Shown here piece after piece: positions 17,501-25,910 of a stretch of DNA of 64,000 nt. Below the pieces are notes generated by a model. It ran no database searches. It was not told the origin of the DNA and saw nothing but the letters and a program-made list of their open reading frames with translations. The position numbers and the translations under genes are program-made. This stretch comes from Acidiferrobacteraceae bacterium (GTDB lineage Bacteria; Pseudomonadota; Gammaproteobacteria; Acidiferrobacterales; JAJDNE01). Positions within the stretch are counted from its first letter, which is position 1. Every line of letters starts with the position of its first letter. Location: positions 1,024 to 65,023 of the forward strand of contig JARRJV010000001.1 in NCBI GenBank assembly GCA_037388825.1, in the 5' to 3' direction.

Positions 17501-18030
17501 GGGTTCGCTCCTGCGGCAACGGGCTCGGGAACGTCGGCCTGGCCATGGTGCCAGCGGCGTGCCAGCGCGATGACCTGTCGGCAGACCTCGGGAATCGCGG
17601 CCCCTACCGACGGTGTCGGCGAATCCGCCCAGTCTATGCTCTCGGGTTCCACGCCAATCAGCGCCCGCCGTCGCGGCAAGTGACCCGCCAGGGTGGCGAC
17701 CGCCAGGAGATCCAGCAGGCTGACCTCGTGCACGCTCGAACGCTTTCCGTTGCCAAGAAAGTTATCCATGGCCGCCCCTTCGAAAACACGAACGGTGCCC
17801 GGGCTTGCGTTGAAGCGGCTGGCGTCGATGACGATGAGATGGGAGTGATCTTCGATAGCGCCCGCGAGGGTGAAACTGAGGGTACCGCCGTCGAGCAACT
17901 CGATACGGTCCAGCAGATCGGGGGCGTCTTTTGCGAGCGTGTTGCGAAGGTGCGCGAGTGCGTGGACACCGACGCCTTCGTCAGCGAGGAGGGTATTGCC
18001 CAGGCCAAGCACGAGAGTCTTGCTGCGCAC
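17497..18030 (-). CDS. [NiFe]-hydrogenase maturation endopeptidase (HupD/HyaD/HynD type)
   Basis: TLVLGLGNTLLADEGVGVHA...LLDGGT...LIVIDA motifs. GTG start preceded by AGGAGG. Confidence 0.9.
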   Translation of the reverse strand: MRSKTLVLGLGNTLLADEGVGVHALAHLRNTLAKDAPDLLDRIELLDGGTLSFTLAGAIEDHSHLIVIDASRFNASPGTVRVFEGAAMDNFLGNGKRSSVHEVSLLDLLAVATLAGHLPRRRALIGVEPESIDWADSPTPSVGAAIPEVCRQVIALARRWHHGQADVPEPVAAGANP

Positions 18031-18105
18031 TTCTCAGCTCCTCCTTTCACAGTCCCGACCAGTGTAGCGCCTTTCCTGTGAACTGCTGGCGCACGGACTG
18101 TAAAT

Positions 18106-18134
18106 ATTCTGTTATCGGCTGGATTATTTGTCAG
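18106..18134 (-). promoter_or_regulatory. Candidate sigma70-type promoter for the protease-hupH-hyn operon (-35 CTGACA, 17 bp, -10 CAGAAT)
   Basis: Hexamers read on the minus strand, ~70 nt upstream of the GTG at 18030. Pattern match only. Confidence 0.25.
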
Positions 18135-18183
18135 CGCTGCTTCCGGTCAGGCGGACAGCTTACGCGCCTGAACGATCATACTA

Positions 18184-18197
18184 TTGATATATATCAA
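18184..18197. promoter_or_regulatory. Perfect FNR/ANR-type box TTGATATATATCAA
   Basis: Exact match to the TTGAT-N4-ATCAA consensus. It sits in the 256-bp divergent region between the hyn operon (GTG at 18030, minus) and hypC (ATG at 18287, plus). Weak -10-like hexamers lie at the class II distance on both sides (TAAGCT on minus, GATTCT on plus). Confidence 0.6.
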
Positions 18198-18286
18198 AAC
18201 CCTGTATCCATGGACGGCCGATTCTACGTCTGACGTGTGCAAGGCGTTGGCGATATACTGATTGTCCATTTCCCGGGATTGCGCAT

Positions 18287-18535
18287 ATGTGTCTGGGCAT
18301 ACCCATGCAAATCGTCTCTATCGACGGGTACAACGCCCGCTGCGAGGCCAAGGGCGTGGCACGCGATGTCAGCCTGTTCATGATGCAGGACGAACCCCTG
18401 AATCCAGGGGACTTCGTTATGGTCCACGTCGGCTATGCGATCCAGAAAATGAGCGAACAGGAGGCCCATTCCGCCTGGGAGCTGTACGATCAAATGTTGG
18501 CGGCCGAAGGCGCGACGGAGCCGGGCGATGCATGA
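18287..18535 (+). CDS. hypC: Hydrogenase maturation chaperone HypC/HupF
   Basis: MCLGIPMQIV N-terminus (essential Cys2), 82 aa. Confidence 0.93.
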   Translation: MCLGIPMQIVSIDGYNARCEAKGVARDVSLFMMQDEPLNPGDFVMVHVGYAIQKMSEQEAHSAWELYDQMLAAEGATEPGDA

Positions 18536-18893
18536 GCTTTCGGTATGCCAGGGCATGCTGCGCCAGGTCGGCGCCATCGCCGCGGACCATGAAGCCCGTG
18601 CCGTGACCGGCATCACCGTACGCATCGGCCCCTTGTCCGGTGTGGAACCGGAGTTGCTGGCGCAGGCCTTTCCCATCGCCAGCGCGGGCACGGTCGCGGA
18701 TGGGGCCGACTTGATTATCGAGACCTTGCCGGTGCGCGTGCATTGCGAAACCTGTGGCGAGGACAGCGACGCTGCTATCAACCGCCTGTTGTGCGGATCC
18801 TGCGGCGACTACCACACCCGTTTGATCAGCGGCGACGAACTCCTGCTGGCAAGTGTAGAGATGGATACCGAGAGAGAACCGGCACGAGCCTGA
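18528..18893 (+). CDS. hypA: Hydrogenase nickel insertion protein HypA
   Basis: MHELS N-terminus and two CxxC pairs (CETCG, CGSCG). 8-nt overlap with hypC. Confidence 0.93.
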   Translation: MHELSVCQGMLRQVGAIAADHEARAVTGITVRIGPLSGVEPELLAQAFPIASAGTVADGADLIIETLPVRVHCETCGEDSDAAINRLLCGSCGDYHTRLISGDELLLASVEMDTEREPARA

Positions 18894-18928
18894 GCCCGCT
18901 ATCGTGCCGGGGAGAAGGAGGAAGTGAT

Positions 18929-19747
18929 ATGTGCGATACCTGCGGTTGCAACATCACGAAAGGCAATCAACATCTGCTGACCGGCGATGGCAAGTTGTCC
19001 CGCGTGCACGAAGGCACTACGGCAGTGAGCGTACTGCGTGGTCTGCTGTCCGAGAACGATCACCAGGCGGCCCACAACCGTGAGCACTTCGATCGCCGCG
19101 GTATCCTTGCGATCAATCTCATGTCCTCGCCCGGTTCAGGCAAGACCGCCTTGCTGGAAGCAAGCATCGATGCCCTGGGGGATCGCTACGGTATCGCGGT
19201 GATCGAGGGCGACCTCGAGACGGAGAATGATGCCGAACGTATCCGTGCCCGTGGTGTACGGGCGGTGCAGATCGCGACCGGCACCGCCTGCCACCTGGAC
19301 GCGCACATGGTCCACGATGCCGTGCACGATCTCGACCTGGACGGGATCGACCTGGTGTTCATCGAGAATGTCGGCAACCTCGTGTGTCCGGCGAGCTTTG
19401 ACCTGGGCCAGCACCGTAACGTAACCCTGCTATCCGTGACCGAGGGGGATGACAAACCGGCGAAGTATCCGGTGATGTTTCGCGCCGCCGATGCGGTGGT
19501 TCTGAGCAAGATCGATCTGCTGCCGGTGATGGACGATTTCGAACCGAGCCGTGCCGAACGTTGCCTGCGGGACCTTGCCAGCCGGGCACCGGTGCTACGG
19601 GTGGCGGCGCGCAAGCAGGCCGACCTCGGTTCGTGGCTGACGTGGCTGGAGAACGAGATTGCCAGCCATCGAAAGCGTCTGGAGGCGGGCCAAACCATAC
19701 GCCCGGCGATCCAGCCCGACGGCATGCGCCTGCACAGCGGTGGCTAG
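18929..19747 (+). CDS. hypB: Hydrogenase nickel-incorporation GTPase HypB
   Basis: MCDTCGC metal-binding N-terminus, P-loop SSPGSGKT, ENVGNLVCP. SD GGAGAAGGAGGAAG upstream of the ATG at 18929. Confidence 0.93.
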   Translation: MCDTCGCNITKGNQHLLTGDGKLSRVHEGTTAVSVLRGLLSENDHQAAHNREHFDRRGILAINLMSSPGSGKTALLEASIDALGDRYGIAVIEGDLETENDAERIRARGVRAVQIATGTACHLDAHMVHDAVHDLDLDGIDLVFIENVGNLVCPASFDLGQHRNVTLLSVTEGDDKPAKYPVMFRAADAVVLSKIDLLPVMDDFEPSRAERCLRDLASRAPVLRVAARKQADLGSWLTWLENEIASHRKRLEAGQTIRPAIQPDGMRLHSGG

Positions 19748-19791
19748 GGCATACCTTAATATATATTGATCACTCACGGGGAGCGTGGCCC

Positions 19792-20907
19792 ATGGCCCTG
19801 ATCGCCCAGGACTGGCTCAAACGGATACGCGATCTCGATCTTCCGCAGCGGGTGAAGATCATGAACGTGTGTGGCGGCCACGAGCGCTCCATCACCATGG
19901 CCGGCCTGCGCGCGGCCTTGCCGGAGAATATCGAGCTTATACCCGGTCCCGGTTGCCCGGTCTGCATCTGCCCGGAAGAGGATGTATTCGAGGCCATCCA
20001 GCTGGCGCTCCATGAAGACATCATCCTCGTGGCATTCGGCGACATGTTGCGGGTGCCGGTCAACGCGCCGAAGAAGGACGCCCGTTCCCTGGAGCAGGCC
20101 AGGGCGCGCGGGGCCGACATCCGTCCCATCGCTTCCCCCACGGAGGCCGTGCGCATCGCGCACGAACAACCGGATCGGGCGGTCGTGTTTTTCGCTGCCG
20201 GTTTCGAGACCACGACCGCGCCGGTGGCGGCCATGCTTGCCGAGGGCGTGCCGGAAAACCTGTTCCTGTTGTTGTCCGGAAGATTGACCTGGCCTGCGGT
20301 GGCCATGCTGCTGGAGACGGGCGAGGCCGGTTTCGATGCCCTCATCGCTCCGGGCCATGTATCCACGGTTATGGGTCCGGAGGAATGGCAGTTCGTGGTC
20401 GACACGCATCGTATGCCGGCGGCCATCGCCGGATTTACACCGGTGAGTCTGCTCGCCGCCATGTATTCGGTGTTGCGCCAGTTGCGGGAGGGTAAGCCCT
20501 TCCTCGACAACTGCTATCCGGAGGTCGTGCGCGCAGGTGGCAATTCTGCAGCGCGACGGCAGATGAAGGAAGTGCTCGATGTAGGCGACGCGAACTGGCG
20601 TGGGATCGGAACCATTCGCGCCTCCGGCTTCGCGCTCAAACCGGCCTTCGCGGCCCTTGATGCGCGGGTGCGGTTCCCGTCGCATGCGGCCGAGGCGCGC
20701 AAGCGCGCCGGCGAGATGCCACCGGGCTGCGACTGCGCACGCGTGGTTCTGGGACGCATCTATCCAAATGAATGCCGGCTCTATGGCCGCGCCTGCACCC
20801 CGCGCAATCCCATCGGTCCCTGCATGGTATCCGATGAGGGGGCATGCCGGATCTGGTGGGCGGGCGGTGTACGCGAGCCGCGCGAGGCGGCCTCGGCCGG
20901 CGCCTGA
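19792..20907 (+). CDS. hypD: Hydrogenase maturation protein HypD
   Basis: CGGHE, GPGCPVC and C-terminal Cys cluster motifs. ATG at 19792 after GGGGAG. Confidence 0.93.
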   Translation: MALIAQDWLKRIRDLDLPQRVKIMNVCGGHERSITMAGLRAALPENIELIPGPGCPVCICPEEDVFEAIQLALHEDIILVAFGDMLRVPVNAPKKDARSLEQARARGADIRPIASPTEAVRIAHEQPDRAVVFFAAGFETTTAPVAAMLAEGVPENLFLLLSGRLTWPAVAMLLETGEAGFDALIAPGHVSTVMGPEEWQFVVDTHRMPAAIAGFTPVSLLAAMYSVLRQLREGKPFLDNCYPEVVRAGGNSAARRQMKEVLDVGDANWRGIGTIRASGFALKPAFAALDARVRFPSHAAEARKRAGEMPPGCDCARVVLGRIYPNECRLYGRACTPRNPIGPCMVSDEGACRIWWAGGVREPREAASAGA

Positions 20908-20940
20908 GCGCGCACCCGCAGGCGCGGGTAGAATCAGAAC

Positions 20941-22161
20941 ATGGAAATCCACAACTTTCTCCTGCAGATCGCGGCGATCCTTCTGACCGCGCGCGTATTC
21001 GCTGAACTGGCGGCGTGGCTCGGAGCGCCGCCAATTGTGGGCGAGCTGTGCGCCGGTATCGTGCTTGGTCCGTCGCTGTTGGGCTGGATCGTGCCCAATA
21101 ACGTGATCAGCCTTCTGGCGGAAATCGGAATCATCCTGCTGTTGTTCGAGGTCGGCCTGGAAACCGATATCGCTCGCCTGGTCCGCTCCGGAGGCAAGGC
21201 GGCGGCGGTCGCGACCACCGGTTTCATCCTTCCCTTCGTGTTCGGGTATGTCCTCAGCCGCCATGTCTTTGCGCTGCCCGTGTTGCCAGCGCTGTTTGTC
21301 GGCGGCACGCTGACCGCCACCAGCATCGGCATCACCGTGCGTATCCTGTCGGACATCAACCGCCACCGCAGCAACGAGGGCCAGATCGTGGTCGGCGCCG
21401 CGGTGCTCGATGACCTGCTCGGCATCTTTCTGCTGGCGGTGCTGTACCAGTTGTCCACTGCCGGGTCGGTAGACGGCATGTCCGTAGCGCGAATCGTTCT
21501 GTTCGTGGGCCTGTTCTTTCTCGCCGCGCCCGTTGTCGCCAAGGTGGTGGCGCCGCTCATCAAGCATTTCCACAATCGCAGCGATATCCCGGGCATGATC
21601 CCGATCCTGCTGGTGTCGCTGGTACTGGTGTTCGCCTCCACTGCCAGATTCGTCGGCGCCCCCGAGCTGCTCGGCGGTTTCGTCGCCGGGGTGGCGCTGT
21701 CGCGCCGTTTCTTCCTGCCCTTCGGCGCGGCCCTGCACATGGATCCCGAGTTCACCCAACATGTGCACAATGAGATGAAACCCATCATCCGCCTGTTCAC
21801 ACCGATCTTTTTCGTCATGGTCGGCCTGTCCCTGGACCTGCGTGCGGTGGACTGGAACTCCTGGTTTATCTGGGCGTTCTCGCTGGCCCTGACCGGGGTT
21901 GCCATCCTGGGCAAGCTTGGCGGTCCGTGGGTGATTCGCGAATCGGTTCCCGCGCGTGTCGCCATCGGCATGGCCATGGTGCCTCGCGGCGAGGTCGGGT
22001 TGGTCTTCGCCGAACTGGGTCGGGCGGGAAATGTATTCAGCCCCGAGGTCTATGCGGGCATGATCCTGGTAATCCTGTACACGACCCTGGCCTCGCCATT
22101 CTGGATCAAGAGTTTCTACCGGGTGTTCGGCCATCGCCTGCCCAACAACGACCCCGGGTAA
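20941..22161 (+). CDS. Cation:proton antiporter (CPA2/Kef-like membrane domain, no KTN domain)
   Basis: 406 aa, about 11-13 TM. N-terminus FLLQIAAILLTARVFAELAAWLGAPPIVGELCAGIVLGPS is typical of Na+/H+ exchanger-family proteins. The stop overlaps the hypF start (TAATG). Confidence 0.8.
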   Translation: MEIHNFLLQIAAILLTARVFAELAAWLGAPPIVGELCAGIVLGPSLLGWIVPNNVISLLAEIGIILLLFEVGLETDIARLVRSGGKAAAVATTGFILPFVFGYVLSRHVFALPVLPALFVGGTLTATSIGITVRILSDINRHRSNEGQIVVGAAVLDDLLGIFLLAVLYQLSTAGSVDGMSVARIVLFVGLFFLAAPVVAKVVAPLIKHFHNRSDIPGMIPILLVSLVLVFASTARFVGAPELLGGFVAGVALSRRFFLPFGAALHMDPEFTQHVHNEMKPIIRLFTPIFFVMVGLSLDLRAVDWNSWFIWAFSLALTGVAILGKLGGPWVIRESVPARVAIGMAMVPRGEVGLVFAELGRAGNVFSPEVYAGMILVILYTTLASPFWIKSFYRVFGHRLPNNDPG

Positions 22162-24449
22162 TGTCGACTCCCGATCCGAAAAAGGAATCGTCGCCGCGCG
22201 ATGGGATCTGCGCCATGCGCCTTCGTATTGGAGGGCGGGTACAGGGTGTTGGTTTCCGCCCCTTCGTCTATCGCACTGCCCGGGCGTGCGATGTGACAGG
22301 TTGGGTGCGAAACGAAGGCGGTGAGGTGGAGGTGCAGGCCGAAGGCACGGAGGCGGATCTCGCGCGCTTCGCCGAAACACTGATCCATTCGGCACCGCCA
22401 TTGGCGCGACCGGAGATGCTGACCCGGCAAGCGGTCACACCGGAAGCCTGTCGCACTTTCTCCATCGTCGAAAGCGGTAGTCGCGCCGATGCGCAGATCC
22501 ACCTGCCGCCGGATTGTTTCCTGTGCGAGGACTGCCGGCAGGAGCTGGAAGACCCGTCGGACCGGCGTTACCGCTATCCCTTCATCAACTGCACCCAGTG
22601 TGGGCCGCGCTATACCTTGATCACAAAGCTCCCGTACGACCGCGTTCATACCACAATGGCCGGTTTCGAAATGTGCGCGGACTGCCGGCGGGAATATGAA
22701 GACCCGCTCAACCGGCGCTTTCATGCCGAACCGGTCGCCTGTCCCGTCTGCGGTCCGAAGCTGCAGTTTCACGCAGGAGGAGGTGGTGTGATTGACGATG
22801 CGCCGGCGGCCCTGGGCGCGGCGGAAGAGGCCTTGCGCCGCGGGCTCGTCGTTGCGGTCAAGGGTGTAGGTGGATATCACCTCCTGTGCGATGCCTCCAA
22901 CAACGAGGCGGTTCGGCGGCTGCGCGTCAACAAGCACAGGCCACACAAGCCCCTGGCAGTCATGTTTCCCATGACCGGTGAGGATGGTCTTGAGGCGCTG
23001 CGGGCGGAAGTGAAGCTCACATCGATCCATGGGCAACTGCTGCGCGATCCCACTCGATCCATCGTACTGGTGCCGCTGCGCGAAGACAGTTCCCTGTCTG
23101 CCGCCCTGGCGCCGGGCCTGGACGAAATCGGTGTCTTTCTTCCCTACAGTCCGCTGCATCATCTCCTGCTTGCCGATCTGGGTCGGCCTTTGGTCGCCAC
23201 TTCCGGCAATGTCAGCGGTGAGCCTGTCATCACCGACAGGATCGAGGCGGAGCAACGCCTCGACAATGTGGTCGACGCCTTTTTGCATCACGACCGGCCG
23301 ATTGAGCGCCCGGCGGACGATCCGGTGTTCCGCGTTGTCGCCGGCCACGGCCGGCCCATGCGCCACGGACGCGGCAGTGCGCCAGTGGAGCTGAGCTTGC
23401 CGTTCCGCCTGGAGAAGCCCCTGCTTGCAGTCGGCGGCCATATGAAGAACAGCGTTGCCCTCGCGTGGGGCGATCGCATCGTGCTGTCGCCCCACATCGG
23501 CGATCTCGATGCACCGCGCAGCCTGGCCGTTTTCGAGCAGGTGGTCGAAGACCTGCAATCCCTTTATGGCGTGCGCGCAAGTGCCCTGGTGTGCGATGCC
23601 CATCCCGGCTACGCGAGTACGCGCTGGGCGCAGCGCCAGGGCCTGCCGGTCCAGTCCGTCTGGCATCACCAGGCCCATGCCTCCGCCATTGCTGGCGAGT
23701 TTGGTGAAGAAGAGGGCTGGCTGGTGTTCGCGTGGGACGGGGTCGGACTGGGTCCCGACGGTACCCTTTGGGGTGGTGATGCCCTCCGGGGCAGGCCCGG
23801 GGAGTGGCAACACGCGGCCCGGCTGCGCCCGTTTCGTTTGCCCGGCGGCGACAAGGCCGCGCGTGAACCCTGGCGCAGCGCCCTGGCGCTTTGTTGGGAG
23901 GCTGGTGGTGAGTGGTCCGGCGCGCCGGCGCAGACGGAGTTGCTGCGCAGCGCGTGGGAGCAAGGCGCGAACACCGCGATCACGAGCGCCGCCGGACGAC
24001 TGTTCGATGCCGCCGCCGCCCTGACCGGCCTGTGCAGCAACGCAAGTTACGAAGGCCAGGGGCCTATGCAACTGGAAGCAGCATGTGAAGATATCGGTGG
24101 TGCAATCGAGTTGCCGCTGGAAAGGAACGACGACGGTGTCTGGCAATCCGACTGGGCGCCGCTGGTGACCATGTTGCGGGATGACACTTCCAGCGTCGCC
24201 GAGCGTGCCGGTCGTTTCCATGCCAGTCTTGCCCGTGCCCTGTGCGACCAGGCCAGGGCGATACGAAACGAGCATGGCGACTTCGCCGTCGGGCTGTCCG
24301 GCGGCGTGTTCCAGAATCGTATCCTTGCCGAGGCCGCCATGGCCATGCTCCAGCAGGCAGGTTTCCGCGCCTATCTGCCGCAGCGCGTGCCGTGCAACGA
24401 CGGCGGCCTGTGTTATGGTCAGATCATCGAGGCGGGAAGAAAATCGTGA
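22161..24449 (+). CDS. hypF: Carbamoyltransferase HypF
   Basis: Acylphosphatase domain (GRVQGVGFRPFV), two zinc-finger pairs (CEDCRQE...CTQCGPRYT; CADCRRE...CPVCGP), YrdC and Kae1-like regions. 762 aa from the ATG at 22161. Confidence 0.95.
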   Translation: MSTPDPKKESSPRDGICAMRLRIGGRVQGVGFRPFVYRTARACDVTGWVRNEGGEVEVQAEGTEADLARFAETLIHSAPPLARPEMLTRQAVTPEACRTFSIVESGSRADAQIHLPPDCFLCEDCRQELEDPSDRRYRYPFINCTQCGPRYTLITKLPYDRVHTTMAGFEMCADCRREYEDPLNRRFHAEPVACPVCGPKLQFHAGGGGVIDDAPAALGAAEEALRRGLVVAVKGVGGYHLLCDASNNEAVRRLRVNKHRPHKPLAVMFPMTGEDGLEALRAEVKLTSIHGQLLRDPTRSIVLVPLREDSSLSAALAPGLDEIGVFLPYSPLHHLLLADLGRPLVATSGNVSGEPVITDRIEAEQRLDNVVDAFLHHDRPIERPADDPVFRVVAGHGRPMRHGRGSAPVELSLPFRLEKPLLAVGGHMKNSVALAWGDRIVLSPHIGDLDAPRSLAVFEQVVEDLQSLYGVRASALVCDAHPGYASTRWAQRQGLPVQSVWHHQAHASAIAGEFGEEEGWLVFAWDGVGLGPDGTLWGGDALRGRPGEWQHAARLRPFRLPGGDKAAREPWRSALALCWEAGGEWSGAPAQTELLRSAWEQGANTAITSAAGRLFDAAAALTGLCSNASYEGQGPMQLEAACEDIGGAIELPLERNDDGVWQSDWAPLVTMLRDDTSSVAERAGRFHASLARALCDQARAIRNEHGDFAVGLSGGVFQNRILAEAAMAMLQQAGFRAYLPQRVPCNDGGLCYGQIIEAGRKS

Positions 24450-24463
24450 GCGGGACCACGCCC

Positions 24464-25468
24464 ATGGAAGACAAATATATCTCCCTTGCCCATGGTAATG
24501 GCGGGCGCTACATGCGCGAACTCATCGCCAAGGTATTCGCGCGCCATCTTGCCAATCCCGTGCTCGATACCGGTGCCGACGCGGTTGCCCTGCCGTTGAT
24601 CGATGGCGATGTCATGGTTACCACCGACGGCTTCACCGTGCAGCCACTGGAGTTTCCCGGCGGCGACATCGGTTCCCTGGCCGTACATGGCACGGTCAAC
24701 GATCTCGCCGTGGCCGGGGCGGCACCGAAATACCTGACCCTCAACGCCTTTATCGAGGAAGGGCTGGAGGTGGCCCTGCTCGAGCGTATCGTCGCCAGTA
24801 TTGCCCGCGCCGCGAGGGCATGCGAGGTGAGCGTCGTCGCCGGCGATACCAAGGTAGTCCGGCGCGGCGAGGGCAGTGGCCTGTATCTTGCGACCACCGG
24901 TGTGGGTATACGCGACGGCTGGGTACGCATTGGCATGGACCGAATCGAAGCCGGCGATCGCGTCCTGGTCAGCGGCCCCGTGGGTGATCATGGCATAGCC
25001 GTCATGCTCGCGCGTGAGCAATTCGGCCTGAAGGGCGATCTGCAATCCGATGCGGCCAGCGTCTATCCGTTGACGAAAGCGCTGCTTGAACTGCCGGGAC
25101 TGCATTTCATGCGTGATCCCACCCGCGGTGGCATCGCATCGGTGGCTCATGAAATCCGCCAGGCAACGGGCATGGGCCTGCGCCTGCAGCAGGCGTCGGT
25201 TCCGGTGCAGGAAGCCGTGCGATCCGTGTGTGAGATGCTGGGATACGATCCGTTCTATCTCGCGTGCGAGGGGCGCGTGGTCGCCGTGGTGTCGCCGGAC
25301 GATGCCGACGCCGCGCTGGACCGGTGGCACCGGCTGCCGCACGGAAAGGAAGCCGCCATCATCGGCAGTGTCGATGCGGGAACGCAACATGTCGTTCTCG
25401 AAACCGAGCTTGGCGGCGAGCGTATTCTCGAGGAACTGGAAGATGATCCATTGCCGCGAATCTGTTGA
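24464..25468 (+). CDS. hypE: Hydrogenase maturation protein HypE
   Basis: ISLAHGNGG near the N-terminus, AIR-synthase-like fold, C-terminal PRIC. Alternative start GTG at 24446 overlaps the hypF stop. Confidence 0.93.
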   Translation: MEDKYISLAHGNGGRYMRELIAKVFARHLANPVLDTGADAVALPLIDGDVMVTTDGFTVQPLEFPGGDIGSLAVHGTVNDLAVAGAAPKYLTLNAFIEEGLEVALLERIVASIARAARACEVSVVAGDTKVVRRGEGSGLYLATTGVGIRDGWVRIGMDRIEAGDRVLVSGPVGDHGIAVMLAREQFGLKGDLQSDAASVYPLTKALLELPGLHFMRDPTRGGIASVAHEIRQATGMGLRLQQASVPVQEAVRSVCEMLGYDPFYLACEGRVVAVVSPDDADAALDRWHRLPHGKEAAIIGSVDAGTQHVVLETELGGERILEELEDDPLPRIC

Positions 25469-25506
25469 TTCGGGGTGGGCAAGACCTGTAGCCGGGAGGA
25501 CATGGC

Positions 25507-25862
25507 ATGCACCAGAAAAGGCTCGTGGTTTGTTTGGTCGGAGGCTTGATTGCGGGAGCGCGGCCTGTCTTATCGGCGGACATGTGCTGTTCGGTTTTCA
25601 GGGAGTCAGGCCGACGGAAATCGCGGGGACATTCGGCAATCGCCTGCTTCTGGGATTCGTGATTGCGTCAAGCGGCTGGCGCATTCACTATCTTCTCCAA
25701 GGCGCGATACTTGGTCTGATCGTTTCGCTTTCGGTTGCCGTTGGTTTCCTGCCCGATCGAGCCCCGGACTTCGTGGCGTATGTCGGTGCTGGAATCGCTT
25801 ACGGATTGTTCATCGAATGGCTTTCGACGAAGGCATTCGCCGCACCGATGCGAGAGGTGTGA
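25507..25862 (+). pseudogene. Paralog of the 9165-9539 small membrane protein, apparently frameshifted near codon 18
   Basis: The ATG at 25507 gives MHQKRLVVCLVGGLIAGA, which aligns to IKRVVVATASGMLFGVV of the paralog, then hits a stop. The remainder (AACLIGGHVLFGF...GNRLLLGFVIASSGWRIHYLLQGAILGLIVSLSVAVG...) is in the frame of ORF 25086..25862. The junction is at ~25558-25563 in a GCGCGG run. An intact shorter gene starting at TTG 25530 or GTG 25584 cannot be excluded. Confidence 0.5.
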
Positions 25863-25910
25863 GAATTCGCTGACGTCGAACAGAATTGGATACATCGGGA
25901 GGCGCACATC

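Noticed and set aside
19756-19775. AT-rich near-palindrome TTAATATATATTGA between hypB and hypD. It looks superficially like the FNR box at 18184.
   Set aside because: The right half is ATTGA, not ATCAA, so it does not fit TTGAT-N4-ATCAA. It may simply be an AT-rich spacer or a weak internal promoter.
25869-25877. Recurrence of CTGACGT(C) upstream of hypC (18230-18237), upstream of the group-3 hydrogenase operon (minus strand, ~39195-39202) and upstream of the rubrerythrin gene (25869-25877).
   Set aside because: About two occurrences of an 8-mer are expected in 128 kb of two-strand sequence, so this is near chance. The distances to the start codons differ. It may just be -35-like TTGACA variants.
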